In this document: positions 53,801 through 64,000 of the stretch, one piece after another | Layout: every line of letters begins with the position of its first letter | Position numbering within the stretch: the first letter of the stretch is position 1 | NCBI GenBank assembly: GCA_950097015.1 | Contig: CATNEN010000038.1 | Coordinates: 372,001 to 436,000, forward strand | DNA: 64,000 bases | DNA from: Macrostomum hystrix | Lineage: Eukaryota; Animalia; Platyhelminthes | Direction of reading: 5' to 3' | Notes under the pieces: model-generated | What the model was told of the DNA's origin: nothing | Databases searched by the model: none | What the model saw: only the letters and a program-made list of their open reading frames with translations | Made by a program: the position numbers and the translations under genes

Positions 53801-55436
53801 AGTGATGAGACACGGGAGAGATGACATGAGTGAGAGATGAGACAGGTGAGAGATGAGACATGCTAGAGATAAGACAGGGGAGAGATGAGACATGCTAGAG
53901 ATAAGACAGGGGAGAGATGAGATAGGGGAGAGATGGGACAAACGAGAGTCGGTTTCGAAAGTGATTTAGCAGCTGTGGGTTGCCGTGTGCTGTCTTAATG
54001 ACTCCTGGTTAATTTTATGATCATATATATTAATTCCTAGAGCGAGCCTCACCAATGGGATTCCTTCGGGCCTGATAGGTGAGTAGGAAGCCATCGAGTG
54101 TCCCGGCTGTGTCGGAGGTGAAGCGCACGGTGAGCAGGTTCGCACTGAGGTTGTAGCCGCCAGTGGCTGCATGAATCCATCCAGTAGGAGAGCTGTAGCT
54201 GGCTATCTGTGTGTTTGAGCTGTAGTCATAGTAACCAGAGAAGAAGTTCAGGTAGTCGTGAGACGTTTCTAGACCTAAGTAGAGCACTCGTGCAAATACA
54301 CTAAATCCCGGAGGCGGGATCAGGGTCCATCCGCAGTTCATTTGATTCTCGTAGTGTGAGTTCTGTTTAAAAATGTCCCGATGACTGGCCAGTCCGTACG
54401 AAGCAGCTTTGTCAGAGATTTCAACATCCTTGTAGCCATTGCAGACTGTTGAGCAATGAGGTTGGCAAATTGCAGATGTACACCCCTGTATGACTGTGAG
54501 CCTGGGTACATTATCTGTGTGCGTGTGTGCTCAGGAGTCAGCGGAATAGGCAGAAACGACGACGACAGAATCGATTTATTTTTCGCGTGGTCTTTCTATC
54601 TGTCTTTCTTTCGGGGAAAGATAACGGAGGGATTTCAAATTCCCCCAGCCTACTCCACGGTAGCTCACAAACCGAGTGACCATCTCCTCTTTATGGTGTT
54701 AAAAGTCCCCGAGTTTCTAAGTGCAATCCCAAATAAAATCTAAAAAAATGTGCCTTCAAACAGACGGAAACTAGCTCACCGTCAAACTTGATATAGGAAG
54801 TGAACTCAAGCTTAAAATTTCCTCTGACATAATTGTCGAAAATTGCTGTGTAGTTAACAATAACTTTATTAGTTGTCGACCGGATCACCTGAGACAGCGG
54901 GTATTGGACTGGAGCATCAAAGCTAGCGATATCAACACCCGAGCCTTCTTTGATGCTGAATGTTTCTCGAACTTCGTCGCTCAGCTTGGTCAAGTACAGA
55001 CTCAAAAGATTAATGGAAATGAAATAATCATCTTCGGTCTCCAGTGTCCAAACGCAGTTGATTAGTTGTCTATGGGTGAAGTTGCTGATTTCGGAGCTAG
55101 AAAAGTTGAATTGTTCGTTGACACAATTCGGAGTATTGATTCCATACGGAGCCGGGATGACAGTCAGTGTCCTACCCGGGCAGCCTTTGGAAGAAATGGA
55201 GAATGAATGATTCAAAATCATTGTGACTGGTGTGAAATAATCCTGACATAAAAAACTATTTCCACCAATAATAAATGATTACAGCAGCCCTAATTAAGCC
55301 CTGCAACCAGCAAAACTAACTTTTTAAATGAATAAGCTTTTAACTTACTATATAAGCAAAAAAACCTATCCACAGTGGCACTGGAATATTGGCACAGAGT
55401 CCAGAGAATGTAAGCTGCAGTGTAAAATGCCAACAT
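47893..55436 (-). CDS. Secreted multi-CUB protein A: signal peptide + 6 CUB + C-terminal PAN/Apple-like domain, ~869 aa
   Basis: Exons 55436..55349 (MLAFYTAAYILWTLCQYSSATVDRFFCLY, GTAAGT donor), 55184..54780, 54445..54053, 53109..52738, 51716..51336, 50096..49719, 49050..48673, 48107..47893. All introns are phase 1 GT-AG and the frame stays open (2610 nt). The terminal exon EFVSVETS...ARSDIECSVLCQSSHACIFADFDPLMQACFI...GFVKLAP* is homologous to the last exon of gene B. Confidence 0.88.
48270..48575 (-). mobile_element. tRNA-derived SINE (family 1) in CUB-A intron 7
   Basis: Reverse-complement match across head, hairpin and 3' body; + strand fragments of the same family flank it (~48160-48225, ~48590-48645). 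Confidence 0.85.
49198..49556 (+). mobile_element. tRNA-derived SINE (family 1), full length
   Basis: A box TGGCAGAGTGGTC, B box GAGTTCGATTCC, internal hairpin, and 3' GTCACCAAATGATGTGCCATTGCCCG followed by (ATT)n. Confidence 0.88.
50811..51247. repeat. 35-bp minisatellite in CUB-A intron 5
   Basis: Unit ACGCCACAAGTACCAAGCTGAAGTAGAGTGTCCTA, ~12 copies. Confidence 0.95.
51890..52701. repeat. 20-bp minisatellite (GTCTAACACGTTTCGAATCT) in CUB-A intron 4
   Basis: About 40 copies. Confidence 0.95.
53268..53940. repeat. Purine-rich (GAGATGAGACAGGG) repeat in CUB-A intron 3
   Basis: Directly visible. Confidence 0.92.
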
Positions 55437-55824
55437 TTTCAATTAAAACAATATTAACAGAGCGAATATTTCACTGCGAGGTGCAATGCGTGTATTTTAT
55501 TTGCTGTTAACTGTAAGCAACTATTGACAGCGCGGGTAGTCATGGTAATGAAGTCAAGTGACAGCAGTGTCATGTTGCATAATTAAATACGAAATGAGCT
55601 CTCAGGTGTGAGTAAATCCCCAATTGAAATTTGTCAGAGTGTGTGAAAATTTAATCCACTTAGTGCACTCTTAAAAAACACTTGAAAATTTTCATATTAT
55701 CCTCGTTGCGTTGAGCAGGTAAGACATTACCTGCTCGGCAAAAATGTGGTTTCCAGTTTTGTATTTGTCTAAATACGAATAATTTTAAAATCTCCACGAT
55801 TCTACCCAATCTGCTGGAATAGAA

Positions 55825-56024
55825 ACGCACGCACACACTCGCACAGGTGTGTACACCTGCCCTGACTTTCTCATCGTCAGGCAGTGTTCACTTTCACTGT
55901 GCCTTGGAGGTTGGCCCTCAAGGGCGTAAATTGCACGACAAGCCCCCAAGCCTTCTCTCCGCCGCTGCGGCTTAAATGAATGTGGCCTCGCCGCGGAATC
56001 GAGCTCGGGGACCTTGGTGCGAGA
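55825..56024 (-). mobile_element. tRNA-derived SINE (family 1), partial, between the GPCR and CUB-A
   Basis: Reverse-complement match to the family head and hairpin. Confidence 0.85.
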
Positions 56025-56125
56025 GTAGGAGGCTAGATGCTCCGCCTGTCAGTTCCCTTTACTCGAACTGAAAGGTTTATCCCATTGTGTGCAAAGGTTT
56101 ATCCCATTGTGTGCAAAGTGTGTCC

Positions 56126-58384
56126 TTAGATAGAAATCGCCACAGTCTTGTTGTCCTCCATCGTCAGGAGGCTGCGTCGTCTGTTGGCCGCGCCATCGAC
56201 TGCGTCCTGCCGGTTGTGTTCGTCGCGATCGGGTTTCTGTCGCTGCTGCTGCTGTTTCTCGGTTCTCAAGCGTCGCAAACGCCTGCTGAGCGCCGAGGCC
56301 AAGCTGCTGGCTCGGTCCGACATCTGGCGACGAACACGCCGGCTGCTGATGAAGGCGACGCTCAGCAGCAGACCGTGAGAATTCCTCACCGCCGTGACCA
56401 CCGCGTAGAGCGGCGAGTTCTGCCTCAGGCCGGTCAGCACCGCCAGCCAGTAGGGCAGCCAGCAGAGGCCGAGCAGGATCGACACTCGGCAAGTGGCTCC
56501 GGCGAGTCGCGTCAAATCCGCTTCGCCGCCGCTTCCTGGGGCGCCCGACTCCGGGCCGAGAGCGCGGCTGGTCTGCCGAGCGAGGCGGACCAGGCAGTAC
56601 CAGAGGAGAGCCAGGATGCAGGCGTTAAACAGCAGCATCAGCAACCCGGGAGTGAACACCAGGCAGATCTTAATGAGTTCGAATAATAATAATAATAATA
56701 ATAATTACGGGAGGGCTGCGGGCAGTGGCGCATCATTTGGTGGCACTAGACTCGCAGCCAGCGAGGAGGCAGTTCTGCCCATTTCGCTGACTCCTGAGCA
56801 CACACGCACACAGATACTGTAAGCAGGCCCATGCTCACACAAGTGTGTACATCTGCCCTGACATTCTCATCGTCAGGCAGTGTACACTCTCACTGTGCCT
56901 TGGAGACTGCGCCCAAAATGAATGTGGCCTCGCCGTGGAATCGAGCTCAGGGACCTTGGTGCGAGAGGCAAACGCGTTAACCGGTCTGTCGCTCAATGAG
57001 TGTGAGTTAGCTAATTTATTGGTCATTGCAATCAATCATTGGTGTACACCCTAATAAAAGCAGATAATCCTACCTGAATGACTGTCCACTCATAGAATGA
57101 CAATTGGCTCTTAAAGAGCAGAGCTAGGGCCAGGCCAGCAGCCAGCAGCGCCGGTGTGCCCCAGCCAATCAGGGCGAAGCGGGCATACTGCGGAGACCTC
57201 GAGCTGGCCGGCCGCAGCGAAGCTCGCAGGGTGCGCAGCAGGTCCACGCCAAACAGGGCGGCCCAGACGAAGGCGGAATCGAAGCAGAAGACTATCAGAG
57301 GCGGCACCAGTTTCGAGTCAAGGATAGCTTTGTACATCAACTCGGGCCAAACGAACCAGAGCAAGTTGACTGTGTTTACCAGCAGCAGGGAGGCGCTGTG
57401 AGAAATTAAAAACAGACCCGCTCTGTTGCGCAGATTGCCAAATGTCGCATATGTGGCCAGCACGCACAGCAAGCCAGCGTCCGATGCAGCCAGCAAGGAG
57501 GCCTGGGTATTTATCAGCCACTTGTCCAGCGTCGTCGTCCACTGAGTCGAGTTCGATTCGGATTGGTTCGCATTGCTGGCAAAATAGTCCAGTCGAAAGT
57601 TGAACACTATATCCATCGGGTCACCGAACTGCCTGGGCGGCGCTCTCACAGGCTTCGCTGGACAATCGAATGAAGTGTTTGCGCGGCAGGCCAAGCAAGC
57701 CGGATTCCGAGCAATGCACTCAGCTGAGCTCGACAGCCTCGTGAAATTCGCTGGCCCGAACTGGCACTCGGAGCTCAAAGCTGGTTCCGTTGCTTGCGGA
57801 CAAGCTCTGATCAGAGGACATTGTCTCAGCCTTCTCGGACTGTTCTCATTGCTCAAGAAATGATGCACATGGCAGCACTTCGGTAGCAGGAGGCCTTCAA
57901 GACTCAAGCTGGACTCAAGGCTGGCGATGCTTTGGTTACAGTCTGGTTGGCAGCGAACTTGAATCTGAGACAGCCACTCAACCGGCTGGTCTCCATGGCA
58001 GCGGAGGCAGTGCCCGTTGAGGTACAGACGACCCGTGGCGCCCCACACAGGCAGCGACTCGACAGTGACCAACCCCTGTTGCTGCTGAAGGCATTGATGT
58101 ATTTCCCACTGGCTGCTACTGTTAGGACATTGTGCAACAATCCAGTAGTGCCTGTCCAATTCGTTGTCCTGCCAGGGCTGCACAAGACTGTGGCAGTGCA
58201 GCACCTCAGAGCTGGAGGCGCCGGTGCGGTGGCAACAGTCGCCGTAGAACTGACAGTCAGAATCTGAGCAGCAAGCTGAGTCTGAGAGGCTGCAGGCCGG
58301 TTGGCCAAGGGCAGCTTGTTGTCTAAGCAGCCCCAACACCAGCAAGCCAGTGATTGACAATGCCTTTTGATCAACGGAGTTCAT
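56126..58384 (-). CDS. Class B (secretin/adhesion/Methuselah-like) GPCR with a Cys-rich, somatomedin-B-like ectodomain, ~617 aa
   Basis: Exons 58384..57074 and 56668..56126 (phase 0). Features: signal-peptide-like start, SMB-like CCSDSDCQFYGDCC, further Cys motifs (YWIVAQCP, PVWG..GRLYLNGHCLRCHG), and seven hydrophobic segments with class-B/Mth-like motifs (TYATFGNLRNRAG, FVWAALFGVDL, IGWGTP, LLGLCW, NSHGLLLSVAF..SRRVR). Confidence 0.85.
56683..56990 (-). mobile_element. tRNA-derived SINE (family 1) occupying most of the GPCR intron
   Basis: Head at ~56985, internal deletion, and (ATT)8 tail ending ~14 nt before the 3' splice site. Confidence 0.85.
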
Positions 58385-58834
58385 TTTAGAGACAAAGACT
58401 AACTGTAGGCTTTAGAAGCAAGTTTGAAACTAGGAGAATGTTTTTGTTCGTTTTGGATTTTGTTTTTATCGAGTCGTACTGATCAGTATTTGACCAGGGG
58501 GTGGCTTGCGGCACGGGACATTGTCGACAATTATCCGCAAAAAGCTGCGGACCCATGCGATGCGGCTGTTAATTCTTCGCTTCCGAGTTTAGCGCGTTTA
58601 TTTCTAGAAAATAAAAAAATAATTTTGTGGCCCACAGTGAGCAGAGCTGCCGGCCCGCCTGCGCTGATGCTGTCTGACGGCAGCTTTCAACTTCGCAAAT
58701 TGGTGCAGTTTTCTGGACTGCTCAGCTCATTGCTGTCCTGTCAATTTTTCACGCCATCGAAAGCTTCCAAATTTGGGAATCGAACGATAAACAGACGATC
58801 GATTTTAGGATAATGTTTCCCCAATTTCGAGGCT

Positions 58835-59152
58835 GGCTGGAGCGGATACTGCACGCTCGCCACTTGCAACAAGGTCCCTGAGCTCGATTCCGCGGCGAGG
58901 CCGCATTCATTTAAGCCGCAGCCGCGGAGAGAAGGCTTGTCGTGCAATTTACGCCCTTAAGGGCCAACCTCCAAGGCACAGTGAGAGTGTACACTGCCTG
59001 ACGATGAGAATGTCAGGGCAGATGTACACACCTGTGTGTGTGTGCCTGTGCACAGTATCTGTGTCAGCGAAATTGACAGAATTGCCTCCTCGCTGGCTGC
59101 GGGTCTAGTGTCACCAAATGATGTGCCATTGCCCGCAGCCCTCCTGCAATTG
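58835..59152 (+). mobile_element. tRNA-derived SINE (family 1) upstream of the GPCR
   Basis: AAGGTCCCTGAGCTCGATTCCGCGG...CTGACGATGAGAATGTCAGGGCAG...GTCACCAAATGATGTGCCATTGCCCGCAGCCCTCC. Confidence 0.85.
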
Positions 59153-59720
59153 TTAACAGTATTGCGGGCTATATTCAGTATTTTTACACTGAAACTGAAA
59201 TTTAGTTTGTAAATCAGATCAATGTAGTTTTAAGCTGGTAGCTTTAAAATTCACATCCTGACTATTATTTATTGTAGCACTGCATGTGTACCAGGTTAAT
59301 TAATTATTTTTTTTCAAGAATTAACACTTTATTAACGCATTCTGACACAGAATATGATAAAGCAGAGCATTAGTGAAAAGTGTCATTAAAATCAATTGCT
59401 TCACAAGAAAATTAAAAGAAACTAAATTTCTCTAAAATGGGGTCGCTAAGAGATCAATAATAAAGAAACATTTCCAAGCTACAATTAAATTTACATCCGC
59501 ATGAGGCACCGTTCTCATTTTTTCATGTATGCTGATGAGTAGAGCTCGGTATCAAAGAAAACAAAAAAGTTTAAACCATTACAAATATACATTAACTGCC
59601 GGTAACTGATAAAAATATAACTGAATGCATTGTTTGAAAATCTAGGATTCATTTATCTGCTTAGACACAGCTCAACTAGGCTCTAAGAAATAGAAAATAT
59701 TTAACTAGCACTTTAAAACC

Positions 59721-60093
59721 TGTGTTAGGCAGATCTTCCACATGTTAGACTGATCTTCCACATGTTAGACTGATCTTCCAGGTGTTAGACAGATCTTCCA
59801 GGTGTTAGACTGATCTTCCACATGTTAGACAGATCTTCCACATGTTAGACTGATCTTCCACATGTTAGACAGATCTTCCACATGTTGGACTGATCTTCCA
59901 AATGTTAGACAGATCTTCCACATGTTAGACAGATCTTCCACATGTTGGACTGATCTTCCACATGTTAGACAGATCTTCCACATGTTAGACAGATCTTCAA
60001 TGTGTTAGACAGATCTTCTAGGTGTTAGACAGATCTTCCACATGTTAGACAGATCTTCCACATGTTAGACAGATATTCCAGGTGTTAGACAGT
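59721..60093. repeat. 20-bp minisatellite (CATGTTAGACAGATCTTCCA) downstream of the innexin
   Basis: About 18 copies; the reverse complement shares AGATCTGTCTAACA with the 51.9-52.7 kb array. Confidence 0.95.
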
Positions 60094-60455
60094 CTTATAC
60101 AGGCAAAGCCTTTGAATCACTTTGTGAAATAGAGTGGCAGAGGTATAAACAGAATACGAGTATTAAAGTGCATAGTTTCTAAAATAGGAAATTTGTCTCA
60201 TTTAGATTGATAATCAGATGTACAATTTCTGCGGAACTTCCACGAATCGGAAGTGTTGCGCTGTCGAGGGGCGGTTGTACAAAGCTTTAGTGGTCGAAAT
60301 GTGATGCAAACAGTAATAATTACCGCGAGTTACATCTGTCATGTACATCGTAAGAGAATTATGCCATTTCTCATCATTCATAGCAACTAATAAATTAGGA
60401 ATTAATGAGAATTTTGTTTTACGGAGCAGTTATCGAGAAATTAAAAACAATCGAT

Positions 60456-63400
60456 TTAAACAAATTCTCCAGGGTCATCGTCGAGACCGTTCAGCGGCTG
60501 CTGCTGCTGCTGCTGGGCGCCTTTCCGTTTCACCACCTTCTTGTTGTCCGCGTCACCGCTGACGCCGCCGATGTTTGGACCGCCGCTGCCACCGCCACCA
60601 CCGTTGCCTCCGCCCCTGAAGCCATCGTGCATGACGTGGTTGGCCTTGTACCGATAGCACTGCCACAGGGCCTCCGTCACCTCCGAGGCCACCAGCTCGC
60701 CCGCGTTCTGAGCCACCAGGCGCAGGATGAACACTCCGTCCGGTCTCAGATAGTCGTCGACGAACTGGAAGCTGCGTTTCTTGTCCACCGCCTCCAGAGC
60801 GCCCCGCAGCTTCAGGAATTTGCGCACAAAATGCGTTCTGTTCGACCTGAAAGCAGACTTGTAAATCCAGAAAGCGAAGCTGCTGATGGCCACAACAGCC
60901 ACCAGGATCATCCAGAACCACAGGAAGATGTAGATCTTCTCATTGAACATGTTGATGGGCAGGACGCACTGCACAGTGTGACGGTGGATGTTGCCGCCCA
61001 TCTTGCGCACCTGGAAGTCGCAGAGAGTCACGCGGGGAAAATTGCCGCTCTCCTCCCATTCGCGACCCTCGGCCAGATCCCGCAGCAGTTCGATGCCGTA
61101 GAAGGTATAGTTAGTGCCAAGGTATTTGTTCATCAGGAAGAACTGGCCAATCACATTGCCGATGTACAGCACCTTGCAGATTAGGTACAGGCACACCAGG
61201 AAATTGCCGTAGCGCTTGCCGAACCAGATGAACAGGAAATTCCTCGCCAGGCAGTGCTTGCACTTTGTTAGGCAGCCGGCTCGGTACTCACGCTGAGCAC
61301 CCAGTGAGTCCTCAATGTACTTGGCCACGTAGCGCACACTGGCCTGCCGACTTAGAGGGTCCTTGATCAGCTCCACGTCGCTTGCCACCTCCATGATGCT
61401 CGACAGCTGCGGGGGAGTTTTAAAGTACATTTTAGCTCTCGATAAAATTTATCAATCACACTACTTAATAGTAGGATTTTGGAAACACTTTTCCTTCGAT
61501 TGTTTTATCATTACTTCCACTAGTATTTGCACTCCCTACACTCCCTGCACTCCCTACACTCCCTGCACTCCCTGCACTCCATACTCCCCCTACACTCCCT
61601 GCACTCCCTGCACTCCTTGCACTCCCTGCACTCCTTGCACTCCCTGCACTCCCTGTACTCCCTGCACTCCCTGTACTCCCTGCACTCCCTACACTTCCTG
61701 CACTCCCTGCAATCCCTGCACTCCCTGCAATCCTGCACTCCCTGCACTCCCTGCACTCCCTTCACTCCCTGCCCTCCCTGCACTCCCTGCACTCCCTCAC
61801 TCCCTGCACTCCCTGCACTCCCTTCACTCCCTGCACTCCCTTCAGTTTTCAACCGATTCAAACCGATTGCAGACTGCATCAGAAAAAAGCCCCAATTTCA
61901 ATCCTGCTACATAAAGTTTTCTAGCAGCACAATATTTTATGGCACTTTAATTTGCAACAGGTAAATTATTTTCCCGACTGAACCCTACAGAAATTATAAT
62001 TGTTTCCTCTCCACTTTAATCCACTTAGCTAATATTCTCCCAAACAGCCCAGCAACTGGCTTAGTAATTGAGGCCTACCATGGGGAAGATAATCCCTAAA
62101 AAATAGGATAAACCACACCGACCGTTTTGTAATCCTGCCAGCTGTGGAGAATTATTTCGCATTGCTGCATTGCTATCAGAGAAAACTGCTTCATCAACAG
62201 TGGCTAAACTGCCTCCCAGTTAAACAATGTCTAAACATTTTTATGACAAGCGTTTCACAGAAAAAAGTTCTGGAAAAGTTAATATTGATTTGCTGCCGGC
62301 ATTTAGAATTTGCGAGTCCGTTATGCCTGCCTTGGCTGTCAACTCTCATAACATATTTTGAATCTGAAGGCACTATTTGTTTCCTCATGTTGCTAAAATA
62401 ATTATTTGCTTAGAATACCTCACAGGATAGAAATACATTTTAACCCCGATCGGACAGATAAGCACTAAATCTCAGACTGAATATTACATGAAAAACCACT
62501 GAAAACTCACACTGAATCTCACACGAAAACCCACTTAAATCTCACACTGAATCTCACAGGAAAGACCACTGAAATCTCACACGAAAACCCACTGAAATCT
62601 CACACGAAAACCCACTGAAATCTCACACGAAAACCCACTGAAATCTCACACTGAATCTCACAGGAAAAACCACTGAAATCTCACACTGAATCTCACAGGA
62701 AAAACCACTGAAATCTCACACTGTATCTCACACGAAAACCCACTGAAATCTCACGCGAAAACACACTGAAATCTCACACGAAAACCCACTGAAATCTCAC
62801 ATGAAAACCCACTGAAATCTTACACGAAAACCCACTGAAATCTCACACTGAATCTCACACGAAAAACCACTGAAATCTCACACTGAATCTCACACGAAAA
62901 CCCACTGAAATCTCGCACTGAATCTCACACGAAAACCCACTGAAATCTCGCACTGAATCTCACACGAAAACCCACTGAAATCTCACACTGAATCTCACAC
63001 GAAAACCCACTGAAATCTCACACTGAATCTCACACTGAAATCTCGGACTGAATCTCACACGAAAAACCACTGAAATCTCACACTGAATCTCACACGAAAA
63101 CCCACTGAAATCTCACACTGAATCTCACACTGAAATCTCGGACTGAATCTCACACGAAAACCCACTGAAATCTCACACTGAATCTCATCTGAAAGGGCGC
63201 TAAAACTCACTCAAAATCTCACCTGGATGCCAGACTGCCAGTTGAACAGTCTCCACACCAGGCAGGGCAGGTTGAATAGGAAGGCCTGTATCAGCAGCAC
63301 CAGCGGCACCCACTGGTAATAGCCAATCATGGTCTTGTAGCGCTCAGGCTCTCTGTGTGGCACATTCTGCTCAGCTGTGCTCACATAATAGGTGCGAGTC

Positions 63401-63630
63401 ACCCAGCACACATTCTCAGCGTACTCTTCCTGAGCTCGCGTGAACTCGGTCGGCACCCAGCAGGCGATTGGCTTGCCGATGTACTGCCTGCAGGAGATCA
63501 CCAGCGAGAAGGCCACGATGATCACCGTGCTGAAGGTATGCGACAGCCGGTCCGAGAAGTCGTCGTCGCGACGATAGCGCGACGAATCCAGGCGCAGCTT
63601 GGAGAGGCCGGCAACGAATGCTGAGTCCAT
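60456..63630 (-). CDS. inx: Innexin (invertebrate gap-junction protein, unc-9/unc-7-like), ~452 aa
   Basis: Exons 63630..63223 and 61406..60456 (phase 0, GT-AG). Motifs [75 protein letters not shown]. Confidence 0.96.
61528..61842. repeat. 9-bp repeat (CACTCCCTG) in the innexin intron
   Basis: About 35 copies. Confidence 0.93.
62462..63187. repeat. CACTGAAATCTCACACGAAAACC-type compound minisatellite next to the innexin donor site
   Basis: Directly visible, ending ~35 nt from the donor at 63222. Confidence 0.93.
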
Positions 63631-63677
63631 GGGCAATGCGCCGCTTACATGCTCAAAGTCCCTGGCGATCGAGGGCG

Positions 63678-64000
63678 GGTTGATTGATTGATGGGTTGAT
63701 CGATTGGTCGATTAATTTATTGATACATTGATATATTGATATATTTGATGCTTTGTTGTATTGATAGATTGATAAATAAACGGATTGATCGCTTGATTGA
63801 TTGATAGATTGATCGATTCATAGATTAACGGATTGATCGCTTGATTGATTGATAGATTAATCGATCTTGATCGATCGATAGACTGATGATGGAGTGATTG
63901 ATTGGTCGATTAACCGATTGATGGATTAATAAATTGATAGCCTATAAACTGGTTGATTAATCAATAAAATAACAGATTCATGGATTAATTGATCATTTAA
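63678..64000. repeat. Degenerate (ATTG/GATC)-rich low-complexity repeat upstream of the innexin
   Basis: Repeated GATTGAT / GATAGATT motifs. Confidence 0.85.

Noticed and set aside
55366-55372. Apparent mutated or non-canonical donor (G|ATAGGT) after the CUB-A signal peptide
   Set aside because: A canonical in-phase donor A|GTAAGT lies 21 nt further on (55348) and restores the frame.
58985-59030. Hammerhead-like words CTGACGA..GAAA..GTC in the family-1 SINE hairpin
   Set aside because: There is no stem II or stem III between the core words, the segment folds better as a simple hairpin, and several copies (including this one) lack GAAA.
60405-61184. 259-aa plus-strand ORF and similar antisense ORFs over PPEF, PAK and the GPCR
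   Set aside because: These are antisense shadows of GC-rich coding exons.

Overview
Eukaryotic (metazoan) genomic DNA with GC-rich spliced exons in AT-rich, repeat-laden introns. The style (polyQ tracts, an innexin, minisatellite-filled introns) suggests an invertebrate, possibly a free-living flatworm such as Macrostomum; this is inference only. Genes I reconstructed by hand from splice sites and frames: the 5' part of death-associated protein 1 (DAP1, -, missed by the ORF track); an orphan 95-aa ORF (+); a 223-aa coiled-coil ORF (+); a PPEF/rdgC EF-hand Ser/Thr phosphatase (-, 4 exons); a group II PAK kinase (PAK4/mbt-like, +, 6 coding exons); two tandem paralogous secreted proteins, signal peptide-(CUB)8-PAN/Apple and signal peptide-(CUB)6-PAN/Apple (-, one CUB per phase-1 exon); a somatomedin-B-like class B (Methuselah/adhesion-like) GPCR (-); and an innexin (-). 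Mobile DNA: a LINE 3' remnant, a Mutator-like TIR element (9-bp TSD) with a nested TA-MITE, a TIR element with a nested full-length SINE, a Tc1/mariner transposase relic, more than 10 copies or fragments of a tRNA-derived SINE, and about 25 minisatellite arrays. Best candidates for new biology: the CUB(n)-PAN gene pair next to the co-oriented GPCR, a 5-fold tandem duplication of an exon end plus its splice donor, and the systematic intronic minisatellites. Most long ORFs in the supplied track over repeats are artefacts.
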